NCBI GenBank assembly: GCA_963790025.1
Contig: CAWBMP010000003.1
Coordinates: 128,001-192,000 of the forward strand
DNA: 64,000 nucleotides
Reading direction: 5' to 3'
DNA from: Nitrospirota bacterium
GTDB taxonomy: Bacteria > Nitrospirota > Thermodesulfovibrionia > Thermodesulfovibrionales > Dissulfurispiraceae
In this document: piece after piece, positions 37,714 to 46,405 of the stretch
Layout of the letters: each line of letters begins with the position of its first letter
Position numbering within the stretch: the stretch's first letter is position 1
The notes under the pieces: generated by a model
What the model saw: the letters and a program-made list of their open reading frames with translations, nothing else
The model's database searches: none
Told to the model about the DNA's origin: nothing
Position numbers and translations under genes: made by a program

Positions 37714-39654
37714 TCATCCCTCAAAAAGCACTTTACCCATGTCCCTGGTATCATAGCCGCCCATAGACTCGACAAGTCCCCTGAATTCGTCATCCTCCCG
37801 TATTATTTGCAGCACTATGCGGACCATTTCAGTCTCTATAAACTCACGCGGAATTGCAAGATCATAACGTTCGCTGGCAACCGGGATAAAATCGAGATCG
37901 AGCGCCCTTGCGGACGAGTAAATGGCAAGCCCCGTATCGGCCAGCCCCGTAAGCACAGCCGATGCAATCGCCATATGCGTGTATTCGTCCCTGTCGTAAC
38001 CTTTAATCATAGAGGGGCTGATGCCTTTGTCTCTAAGATATTTATCCAGCAGCAACCTTGTGCCCGAACCGGACTGCCTGTTGATAAAGAGCACATCATC
38101 CCTCAGGAGGTCTTCAAATCCGCCTATGTTTTTTGGATTACCTCTTTTTACAATAAGTCCCTGCTGCCGGTATACAAGATTCACCAGCAATACTTTACGG
38201 TCCGGCAAAAACCGTTTTATGAAGGGAACATTATATTCTCCTGAGTGTTCATCGAGGAGATGTGTTCCGGCGAAATGCGCTTCTCCCCTTTTCAGCGCCA
38301 TCAATCCCCCCATCGACCCCACATGGGCGGAAGACAGTGAGTAATCCTGGTAATTCTTTTTTATACTATTTGCCAATACATCAAGCGCATTGTCGTGGCT
38401 GCCGATACAAACAATAGTATTTTTTACCTCGTCTTTCTTTCTCAACAGTTCAACCGTCACTTCACTGCCCGCGCTCAACCCCTCTGAACCTGCCGGTATT
38501 CTCAATATCCCGTCGGCCCTCACCAGCGACATAAGCAATCCCGCTCCCCTGCCGACAGGAGTTGCAATATGTTTGTCACCTACAAGCCCCACTTTAACGC
38601 GGATAAACTCATCGATGCCCACTGATGAAGCTAGCTGCCTTGAAATAACTGCTTGTATCCTCTCGCCTGGCCCTGCACTGATGCCTGATAGCCGTGCAAT
38701 GACGGGCTTCACGAAAAGTTGAAAAGTAATATAGGCAGATACTGGATACCCCGGTATGCCGAACACCGGCTTCTTGTTGATAAAACCGATTATAATGGGT
38801 TTCCCGGGCTTGATTGCCGCACCGTTGACCAGTACCTCCCCAAGGGACTGTATCGCTGCCAGCGTGTAATCTTCAGAACCTCTTCCTGATCCCGCGTTGA
38901 TCAGAACAATATCGGATAACAGTGACGCATCATAAAGCGCTTTCTTAATTGCCTCGATATCATCTTTAATGACAGGGACCCTGATGGCTTCAGCATTTAA
39001 CTCCCTGGCAAGGCCCTGGAGCAGTACAGAATTATATTCGATGATCTCAGGAGGAACGGGCGGGCGGTCTCTCACCCTTTCAGGTTCAATGATTTCCGTG
39101 CCTGTAGGAATAACAGCCAGTTTGGGTTTTCTCCTGACTTTTATTTCAAGATGCCCGCTCGCAAGCATTGCTCCTATGTCGATCGGTCTTATTAAATGGT
39201 TTTCAGGGATTATTAACTCGGTAGCGACAATATCTTCTCCGATTGTCCGCACATTATGGTAGGGAGGCACCGGCTGGTAAATTTCAATAAATTCCGACTT
39301 CTCTCTTCTGACTATGTTCACATCCTCTATCATTATCACCGCGTTGAATCCTTCCGGCATGGGATCGCCGGTGTCAACATACAAAGCAGTATGCCCCAGC
39401 TCCAATAGAAGCGGTGTTGTCTCACCTGATGCGAAAGTATCGGCAAAACGCACTGCATAGCCGTCCATGGCAGCGGAATGATAAAAGGGCGACGAATACT
39501 TTGCAAAAACAGGCTGTGCAGAAGTCCTGCCCCGCGCTTCGTTAACACTGACCATCTCGGCATCCAGAGCATGCAATCCAATTTCGTCAATATGTTTGAA
39601 CAGAAGTTCAAGTGTCTTTTCGAGAGAAGGCGTATCGAGAAAGACCTGTTTCAT
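37714..39654 (-). CDS. moeA: Molybdopterin molybdo/tungstotransferase MoeA fused to a PBP (LysR-substrate-binding-like) domain
   Basis: 'AAMDGYAV', 'VDTGDPMP', 'IKPGKP', 'PGYPVS'; C-terminal 'GSHD..VGSMGGL..NRQSGSGTR'. Confidence 0.9.
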   Translation of the reverse strand: MKQVFLDTPSLEKTLELLFKHIDEIGLHALDAEMVSVNEARGRTSAQPVFAKYSSPFYHSAAMDGYAVRFADTFASGETTPLLLELGHTALYVDTGDPMPEGFNAVIMIEDVNIVRREKSEFIEIYQPVPPYHNVRTIGEDIVATELIIPENHLIRPIDIGAMLASGHLEIKVRRKPKLAVIPTGTEIIEPERVRDRPPVPPEIIEYNSVLLQGLARELNAEAIRVPVIKDDIEAIKKALYDASLLSDIVLINAGSGRGSEDYTLAAIQSLGEVLVNGAAIKPGKPIIIGFINKKPVFGIPGYPVSAYITFQLFVKPVIARLSGISAGPGERIQAVISRQLASSVGIDEFIRVKVGLVGDKHIATPVGRGAGLLMSLVRADGILRIPAGSEGLSAGSEVTVELLRKKDEVKNTIVCIGSHDNALDVLANSIKKNYQDYSLSSAHVGSMGGLMALKRGEAHFAGTHLLDEHSGEYNVPFIKRFLPDRKVLLVNLVYRQQGLIVKRGNPKNIGGFEDLLRDDVLFINRQSGSGTRLLLDKYLRDKGISPSMIKGYDRDEYTHMAIASAVLTGLADTGLAIYSSARALDLDFIPVASERYDLAIPREFIETEMVRIVLQIIREDDEFRGLVESMGGYDTRDMGKVLFEG

Positions 39655-39771
39655 AAAGCCTCCACAAAAGCTAAGAGCCTAGAGTCCGGAGCCAAAAGCC
39701 GACGATATATATTAAGGTATTTATAATTATAACATGAAGGTAGTTATTAAACTTTTTGCCGGATTGAGGAA

Positions 39772-40392
39772 TTATGGTGAGTAATCTTCGATTTTGATAT
39801 TATTAATGTAATCAACCCGAAACCCTGAATTGCTGCATTTGATGATGTTCAGGCAGCCATAATCCTGGTTTATCTTGAACAGATCACGCAGTGAGATCCC
39901 CAGCACATGACACAGGATCAGCCGGTTGACACCGGCATGGCCGACAATGAGAATATTTTCCTCTGCTGGTCCCAGGATGTCATGAAAAGCTGTAATCACG
40001 CGCCTGCCGCACTCGGCAAAGCTCTCGCCACCTGTAATGCGATAATTGAAAATGTCTTCGCCGCGTCTGCTGAACTCTTCCGGTAGACGCTGTGCGATAT
40101 CGGAAAATGTGAAGCCTTCCCACTCGCCAAGACTTATTTCCCTCAGGTCTTTTCGCTCTATAATTTCGATATGCCTGTCAACGGCTATTATCCCGGCCGT
40201 CTGTCTTGTGCGTGAAAGGTCGCTGCAATATATCGAGCACAGATCCTCATCGGCAAGCCTTTTTTGCAAACAGACTGATTGTCTGACACCTTCCTCATCC
40301 AACGGGAGATCGGTCTGTCCTATATATCGTTTCTCATTATCCGGCGATTGCGTTTTCCCATGCCTGACCAAAAATACCGTCAGTAACTTCAT
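39772..40392 (-). CDS. Histidine phosphatase (CobC/phosphoglycerate mutase family)
   Basis: 'VRHG', 'SDLSRTRQTA', 'GGES', 'VGHAGVNR'. Confidence 0.88.
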   Translation of the reverse strand: MKLLTVFLVRHGKTQSPDNEKRYIGQTDLPLDEEGVRQSVCLQKRLADEDLCSIYCSDLSRTRQTAGIIAVDRHIEIIERKDLREISLGEWEGFTFSDIAQRLPEEFSRRGEDIFNYRITGGESFAECGRRVITAFHDILGPAEENILIVGHAGVNRLILCHVLGISLRDLFKINQDYGCLNIIKCSNSGFRVDYINNIKIEDYSP

Positions 40393-40396
40393 CTGT

Positions 40397-41746
40397 TCAA
40401 TTCGACTCCGTTATATATCTTTTCCCTGCCGGAGGCGGCAAAGTGCCCTCGCATCGCTCAGTATTGAGGACCACTTTCAACCTGCCGCTGCGCCTTGCCT
40501 CGCATATTGCCGGACTTGTATTCAGTCCCTTGGAAAGCGCACGTTTGACAGCCTGATCAGATCCACTAGCCATCAAAGCCGTAATGATCAGCTTTGTTGC
40601 TCGTCGTGCATTGTCTACCTGGGCCGTAAAGTTGATGACTCCTGGTACCTCAAACAAACCTTCATCCAGTTCGGGCATGTCAAAATAGCGCTTCCCATCT
40701 ATCAAAATGGGGCCTTTTTTTCTTCCGGCAATCTTGTCCAGGCGTCTAAGTATGCTGCCGCATTCGCATGGCCCCGGGAGAAAACGGGAAATATCACCGG
40801 TGCGGTAACGGATGAGGGGCATACCCTGCTGGGTCAAAGTTGTGAAGACGACCTCGCCTTGTTTTCCTTCGGACAGGGGGCCACCGGCATCGTCGACAAT
40901 TTCAAAATATAAATCCGCCTCTCGCAGGTGATATCCGTCATGAGCCTCGCACTCCACTCCGCCACCCAGGCCCATTTCGGTCATGCCGTAATGTTCAAAG
41001 ACACGGCAGTCCCATAGCCGCCGGAGTTCCTTTATAATGACCCCGGGAACATTGTCAGTGCTTAATAGTACACTCTTCAAGCGAAACTTGATGCCCACAG
41101 CATCTGCATATCGAGCAAGCGCGAGTACCTGCACCGGTATCCCGACTAGGGAATTAATAGTCTCCCGACCCATAATTGTCAGTGTGTCCTGAATATTGCG
41201 AACAACGCCATGAGGCACCGGCGTGACGCCTGAACGCTTCAGGGCCGATGCAAGCAAATCACCGACGCTCCCGGCGCGCTCACCCGGCAGCAGTATCAGT
41301 ACCCTGTCACCCTTTTCGACAAGGGTCGACATCCCCTGTTGAAAGAAATCGATCGTCAATTCCTGGTCGGAACGCGTGAAGTACAGGCGTTTGGGGTTGC
41401 CTGTTGTGCCGGATGTGTCCAATGTAACTACCCGGCCGATATCATCCTGCGAAACACAAAGGAAGCGGACAGAGTGTTCCCTTATATCTTCGGCGGTGGT
41501 GAATGGAAAACGGCCCAAATCAGCAAGACTGCTAAGCTCCAAGTCAGCGCCTTTCAACAGGTCCCTGTAAAAAGGGCTTTGAACGGATGCCATGCGTATC
41601 GTCTCCCACAGTTTTTGCAGTTGGTGCGATTGGATTTGCTCCCGGCTCAAGGCATGCCTGTCTGCACCTATCTTGCGGGCTATCCAGGCTTCCAGAGGTG
41701 TCTTTGGGACACATGTCATACTCATATCACAAACAGACCTTTGCAC
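40397..41746 (-). CDS. AMP-forming CoA ligase-like protein (PaaK-like, DVU_1553-type)
   Basis: 'TSGTTGNPKR', 'HYGMTE', 'PLIRYRTGD', 'CECG'. Confidence 0.85.
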   Translation of the reverse strand: MQRSVCDMSMTCVPKTPLEAWIARKIGADRHALSREQIQSHQLQKLWETIRMASVQSPFYRDLLKGADLELSSLADLGRFPFTTAEDIREHSVRFLCVSQDDIGRVVTLDTSGTTGNPKRLYFTRSDQELTIDFFQQGMSTLVEKGDRVLILLPGERAGSVGDLLASALKRSGVTPVPHGVVRNIQDTLTIMGRETINSLVGIPVQVLALARYADAVGIKFRLKSVLLSTDNVPGVIIKELRRLWDCRVFEHYGMTEMGLGGGVECEAHDGYHLREADLYFEIVDDAGGPLSEGKQGEVVFTTLTQQGMPLIRYRTGDISRFLPGPCECGSILRRLDKIAGRKKGPILIDGKRYFDMPELDEGLFEVPGVINFTAQVDNARRATKLIITALMASGSDQAVKRALSKGLNTSPAICEARRSGRLKVVLNTERCEGTLPPPAGKRYITESN

Positions 41747-43112
41747 GATATAGCGGCTTGCCTTGCATTGCAGTCAGATTGTATGCGCAAAAAGGGATGA
41801 TCCTGTTATCCGGGCTGACCACATGGATAAAACACTCCCGCAGGCGCTCGAGGTCTAAATTCCAGGCATCCTGGAAAGCCATGCCCGATACGCATAATGA
41901 ATACATGTCGACGCGCTCCAAAAAGTCATCCAGGCTGTCGACTTTCATGAATCTCCCGTGGTCCATCGTCCCGTCTCCACCTGCTATAACCTTATTGTAC
42001 CGGCTTGAGGCCCATCGCCTGGCAACGAAAAGTTGTGCCTTTTTGGCCCCATCTGCCGCAGCTTGCGGCTGACAGCAGCCAACATGTCTTTCCTTCTTCA
42101 ACGACCTTAACTCCCCGTTCTCCATAAGTACAAAGCTCCCGCTAAAGGAGCAATAGGCGTTCTCAGCTGCCGGAGGATGGAAATCGTTAACCTTCATCCT
42201 GCCATGTGTTTGGAGTTCGATTTCACTGATGACCTCGGGAATCGTAATGCGGTCTGAATCGGCGGGTACTTTCGGGTATCTGCCAAAATAACTGATTGGC
42301 TGGAAATGAACTCCCTTTACCACGTGCATCCTCGCGATCGCATACTCTATAATCCTGCCGATGTCCCCGGTATTGATTCCGGGAACCAAGGTAGGCACAA
42401 GTACTACACCTAGTTGATGCGCAGCGCAATTTGAAATAGCTGCATCCTTTACGTCAAGGAGGGCCCTGCCGCGTATTTTCTTATATATAACGTCGGCAGT
42501 ACCGTCGAACTGGAGGAAGACGCATCCAAGTCCGGCCTCTTTGAGACTTCTCACATAACCCGAATCCTCGGACAGACGGAGGCCGTTTGTATTGAGCTGA
42601 AAAAAACTGAAACCCAGAGACCTTCCCACGGCTATTATTTCCGGCAGGTCGTCCCGCAGAGTCGGCTCACCGCCTGACAGCTGGATGTTATAAGGCCCCC
42701 CGCTGTCCAGTAGCATCCGGTACCAACTTTCGATTGTCCTCACATCCGGATCGTTGTCTTCACTTCCGGCTGAGGCAAAACAGACGGGGCAGGTCAAATT
42801 GCATCGTTGAGTAATCTCGATGAGGACGCAACAAGTGTGCTGGCGATGGTCAGGGCACAGGCCGCAGTCAAAAGGGCACCCGTGTTGTACTTTCGTCGCA
42901 CATACTGGAGGCTGGGACGGTGGTTTGGATACGGACCAGGATTTGTAAGAAGGTTGTCCGCGCCAGATGATTGACATGAAGCTGCCATGGTCTGGACAGG
43001 ACTTATCTAAATAGACATCTTCACCTATCGCAACCCGCCTTGCTTCGATGCGTTTCAGACACGCCGGGCAGAGGCTCTCGGTTATCCCTATTACCTCCCA
43101 TTCCCTGACCAT
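41727..43112 (-). CDS. Radical SAM protein, TrsS/MJ0619(Tes)-like architecture
   Basis: N-terminal CPAC..CPDH, 'CPFDCGLCPDH', RS motif 'CNLTCPVCFA', 'SGGEP', C-terminal 'ECFIH..IPFCAYN'. Confidence 0.88.
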   Translation of the reverse strand: MVREWEVIGITESLCPACLKRIEARRVAIGEDVYLDKSCPDHGSFMSIIWRGQPSYKSWSVSKPPSQPPVCATKVQHGCPFDCGLCPDHRQHTCCVLIEITQRCNLTCPVCFASAGSEDNDPDVRTIESWYRMLLDSGGPYNIQLSGGEPTLRDDLPEIIAVGRSLGFSFFQLNTNGLRLSEDSGYVRSLKEAGLGCVFLQFDGTADVIYKKIRGRALLDVKDAAISNCAAHQLGVVLVPTLVPGINTGDIGRIIEYAIARMHVVKGVHFQPISYFGRYPKVPADSDRITIPEVISEIELQTHGRMKVNDFHPPAAENAYCSFSGSFVLMENGELRSLKKERHVGCCQPQAAADGAKKAQLFVARRWASSRYNKVIAGGDGTMDHGRFMKVDSLDDFLERVDMYSLCVSGMAFQDAWNLDLERLRECFIHVVSPDNRIIPFCAYNLTAMQGKPLYRAKVCL

Positions 43113-43114
43113 AC

Positions 43115-43741
43115 TTACAATTCCTTCTTGATACAGCGCTGATCATAGATCACACGTATTTCCGAATAGTCCTCCGGTGTATCGATGTCCAGCAATATCC
43201 CCTTGTCATCCACATCGACCTCGCGGGCTTCTGTCTCATGCCGGGCCAATAAAGATTGCAGACCATCGGGTCCTCTCCAGGACAGTATCTCATGGAACAG
43301 GGTTGAGGGTATCAAAGGCGGGTGCCCGTGTCGGTCCATAAAAGTAGGATAAAATACATAAGCCCCCAACTCTCTATAGGCCCTAATGATTTTTTTCACG
43401 GTAAGACTTTTTACCAGAGGCATGTCAACCGGCAATAAAAAGACGCCTTTAACTCCCGGCCCAAGTGAGCGCAATCCGGCGACAACTGACGAGAACATCC
43501 CTTCGTTATACTTTTCGTTGAATACCCAGCGGACATGCAAGGGGTCCAGCACCGGTTTCAAGTCATCGGCCCGATGTCCAAGGACAACCGTTATATCGTT
43601 TATACCTGCCTGCCGGAAGATCCCGATAACAATTTCAATTACAGTTAAGTTACCCAGCGGCAACAAAGGCTTGAAATCAGACATCCGCGATGAATAGCCG
43701 GCAGCTAATACTATGGCGCTTAAATCCTCTTCGACAACCAT
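43115..43741 (-). CDS. MocA-like molybdenum cofactor nucleotidyl(cytidylyl)transferase
   Basis: 'VLAAGYSSRM..FKPLL', 'GMFSS', 'PVDMP', 'GHPP', 'DIDTPEDY'. Confidence 0.85.
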   Translation of the reverse strand: MVVEEDLSAIVLAAGYSSRMSDFKPLLPLGNLTVIEIVIGIFRQAGINDITVVLGHRADDLKPVLDPLHVRWVFNEKYNEGMFSSVVAGLRSLGPGVKGVFLLPVDMPLVKSLTVKKIIRAYRELGAYVFYPTFMDRHGHPPLIPSTLFHEILSWRGPDGLQSLLARHETEAREVDVDDKGILLDIDTPEDYSEIRVIYDQRCIKKEL

Positions 43742-44781
43742 TTCTCTTTTTCAGCCCTCACCTTGATCAGTTCACCGACAATGCTCACGGCAAGTTCCTC
43801 GGGAGTCTCAGCGCCTATATCAGTGCCTATCGGGCAATAGACACGGTCAAAATCCTGCCTGCTGAACCCCTCACCGGCAAGGGCTTCGAATATCTTGTCC
43901 CTTTTTCTCCTGCTTCCGATCATACCGATATATCCTGCCTTAGTCTCCAATGCCCGGGCAAGGACCGTCTTGTCATGAAGGTGTCCCCTAGTAACAATGA
44001 CTATGTAACTGTCCTCGTCAATCGGCAGTTCTGGAAGTCTGTCGAAAGACTCCAGCAAGATGACTTCTGACGGCACCGGAAACCTTTCACGGTTTGCGTA
44101 TTCGGAGCGATCATCCATAACAACCGTCCTGAAACCGACACTCTCGCTCAGGGGCGCGACTTTTTGTGATACATGGCCCGCACCTAAGATGTAGACCGTG
44201 CCGGCATTGCGAAGCGGCTCTACCAGAACTTTTTGATTGCCGAGTGCCTGAGTGTGGATAAAAATACCGTCCGGTTCTGCAATAAGTCTGGAGAGCAATT
44301 GGGGATCGCCGTCGAATCCACCGATGAGTCTTCCGTCCTGCTTTAAAAGACATTGCCGGATATCAGGATTTTGCTGGCTGCCCAGCTTTGTAAGCAGCCA
44401 TCCCTTTCCCTTCCGCTCCAGTATTGCCGCAGCCTCTCTGTAAATAAGCGCGCTGGTCTCATCAGAGCCGTCGATGAAGTCCAGCAACACCTGGCCTTGC
44501 CCTCCGCACATCATATCCATGCCCGAAACATCTTCGCCCGTAAGTTTAAAGGACAATATAACCGGCTGTCCGGAAATCAATACCTTTCTCGCAACCTCAA
44601 TGGCATCGGCCTCCAGACGTCCGCCACCGATAGTACCCCTGATTTCACCATTCATCCTGACCAGCATCCTGGCGCCCGAAGTGCGGGGAGCAGAACCGGA
44701 TTGATCGAAAATGACGGCAACCACAAAACTTTCCCCTTTGTCAAGAAGGTCCGCCATTTCCCGGAATAATTTTTTCATCAA
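43720..44781 (-). CDS. XdhC/CoxF family molybdoenzyme maturation factor
   Basis: 'GSAPRTSGA', 'GTIGGG', 'MMCGG', 'GAGHV', 'YIGMIGSRRK', 'AETPEELAVSI'. Confidence 0.92.
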   Translation of the reverse strand: MMKKLFREMADLLDKGESFVVAVIFDQSGSAPRTSGARMLVRMNGEIRGTIGGGRLEADAIEVARKVLISGQPVILSFKLTGEDVSGMDMMCGGQGQVLLDFIDGSDETSALIYREAAAILERKGKGWLLTKLGSQQNPDIRQCLLKQDGRLIGGFDGDPQLLSRLIAEPDGIFIHTQALGNQKVLVEPLRNAGTVYILGAGHVSQKVAPLSESVGFRTVVMDDRSEYANRERFPVPSEVILLESFDRLPELPIDEDSYIVIVTRGHLHDKTVLARALETKAGYIGMIGSRRKRDKIFEALAGEGFSRQDFDRVYCPIGTDIGAETPEELAVSIVGELIKVRAEKEKWLSKRI

Positions 44782-44802
44782 GATTCCACCGATAGCTTTA
44801 TT

Positions 44803-45252
44803 TCAGCGGGCCTGACCGAAGTCATAATTGTTGGCCCCCAGTATTTCTTTCACCTTTTGGACCGTTGCGAGCAGTATCTCAGGACAGCGCGACAGCCGGT
44901 TGCGGGGGTCGTCCTGAAGGATATCGGAGCAGTTGGTCCCTCCGTACCTGGATTGGTATTCCTTCTCAAACCATTCCACAAGCTCGCTCATCATGAGGTA
45001 AAGACGGCTGTCCGCTTCTTCATCCGGCTTTCCCTTTCCAGCATAGAGTCCGATCAGACAGGCGCCGCCGGTAAGAGTTCCGCATATCTTTCCGCAAAAT
45101 CCGACGCCGCCAAGCAGCCCCGACATGGCCCTTACCAGGTCCGGGTTGCTCTTCCCCTGAGCTTCCAGGGCCATAATGATCATGATCTGGCTGCAATAGA
45201 AGCCCTGCTGAGACAGCTCCAACATACGGATGAAATCGTCATTCATTTGCAC
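44803..45252 (-). CDS. C-GCAxxG-C-C family (putative redox/metal-binding) protein
   Basis: 'FYCSQ', 'GG...ICGTLTGG', 'TNC', 'RCPE'. Confidence 0.85.
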   Translation of the reverse strand: MQMNDDFIRMLELSQQGFYCSQIMIIMALEAQGKSNPDLVRAMSGLLGGVGFCGKICGTLTGGACLIGLYAGKGKPDEEADSRLYLMMSELVEWFEKEYQSRYGGTNCSDILQDDPRNRLSRCPEILLATVQKVKEILGANNYDFGQAR

Positions 45253-45261
45253 GTTATCCTG

Positions 45262-45909
45262 TTATGTGTCCTTTCGGGCAATAAGGAGAAAATAGCTGAG
45301 ACAAGCCTGTTTCAAGGTCTTCAGGTCCGACAGCCCTTCAAAGGAACCATGCTCCATGATCATCCGAAAAACAAATTCCTTCAGCACATGACAATGGTCT
45401 TCCCAAAGCTCAATAGTAAAGCCCCTGCGGGCCAGCTTGCCTGTCAGACTCTCCTCTGTCATTATACCCGACATACAAAACGGAAGCTGCATGTTATGAA
45501 TTAAGTTTATCGCACAGGTGTCACGTGAGTAAACATCGGTCACGACAAGTTTGCCGCCCTGACGCAATGCACGGTTGAATTCGGCCAGGACACGGTCCCT
45601 GTCAGGCAGCACAGAGAGTGTGCATTCTGCCAGAATGCCGTCTAATGAGGCCGAAGCAAACGGCAGTTTTTCAGCTACACACCGGACAAGCGGCAACTCA
45701 GGGTTGCGCCGAATGCCGCGCTTCAATGGAACCTCGGCACAATCGATGCCGATCGCATCAAGGCACGATTCCTGCCGAAGAAATTCTACGCTTTCTCCAG
45801 CGCCACACCCTATATCAGCTACCACGGCACCAGCTTTGAATGAGCAATACCTGATTGCCCTAGCCGTCAACGCAAGCCCGCCAGGACGCATAATATCGGT
45901 GGTAATCAT
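45262..45909 (-). CDS. Class I SAM-dependent methyltransferase (DVU_1556-type, ArsM-related fold)
   Basis: 'RPGGLALT', 'DIGCGAG', 'AECTLS', 'PFCMSG'. Confidence 0.85.
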   Translation of the reverse strand: MITTDIMRPGGLALTARAIRYCSFKAGAVVADIGCGAGESVEFLRQESCLDAIGIDCAEVPLKRGIRRNPELPLVRCVAEKLPFASASLDGILAECTLSVLPDRDRVLAEFNRALRQGGKLVVTDVYSRDTCAINLIHNMQLPFCMSGIMTEESLTGKLARRGFTIELWEDHCHVLKEFVFRMIMEHGSFEGLSDLKTLKQACLSYFLLIARKDT

Positions 45910-46118
45910 TTGTCTTCCAGCGCCTGTTCCACTTGCAGCATCTTTCCGACAGCCAGTTCCTCAGGTACAAATACAGTGCCGCAAACAGGACATATCGACA
46001 ATTCAACAGGGAATTCACTTCCAAGGTATGAAACCGTCACCTTCCCGGGCATAAGCTCCTTGCCGCACTTTAGGCAAGTCAACTCAGGTCCCGGCGAAAG
46101 GATATTATCTTCGCTCAT
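45906..46118 (-). CDS. Small CxxC...CxxC protein (DVU_1557-type)
   Basis: 'CLKCG', 'CPVCG', C-terminal 'VEQALEDK'. Confidence 0.8.
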   Translation of the reverse strand: MSEDNILSPGPELTCLKCGKELMPGKVTVSYLGSEFPVELSICPVCGTVFVPEELAVGKMLQVEQALEDK

Positions 46119-46405
46119 TTAACGATTCCCTCAATCACTTCCATCCTGTGGCTGTATGCGTTGTGAATTATAAAGCCGGAATCGTTAGGAGAATATTCCA
46201 CCCAGTAGGTCACACTTACAGGCCTGTAATGGGCGATGAAACGGCCGGTTGCAGCGTTGAGAATCTTCTCGCCCGTGCTCTCCGCGTGGCGTATTACCTT
46301 TTGTATGTCCCCGACCAGAATCATCCTTGACTCCAGCAAATCCGACACCTCAGGAGATATATAAAGTTCTATGGATTTCTCTTCTTCAGACACCCTTTCC
46401 CCCAC
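46115..46405 (-). CDS. Probable detached C-terminal domain of the upstream flavo-Fe-S oxidoreductase (frameshift), or a separately translated partner
   Basis: Overlaps the upstream ORF; adding one G to the G5 run at 46399-46403 fuses them as ...LRELWGERVSEEEK... Confidence 0.6.
   Translation of the reverse strand: MGERVSEEEKSIELYISPEVSDLLESRMILVGDIQKVIRHAESTGEKILNAATGRFIAHYRPVSVTYWVEYSPNDSGFIIHNAYSHRMEVIEGIVK

Noticed and set aside
39703..39726. ModE-like box upstream of moeA (CGATATATA-N6-TATTTATAA)
   Set aside because: Only one half-site matches, in very AT-rich DNA; not supportable without comparative data
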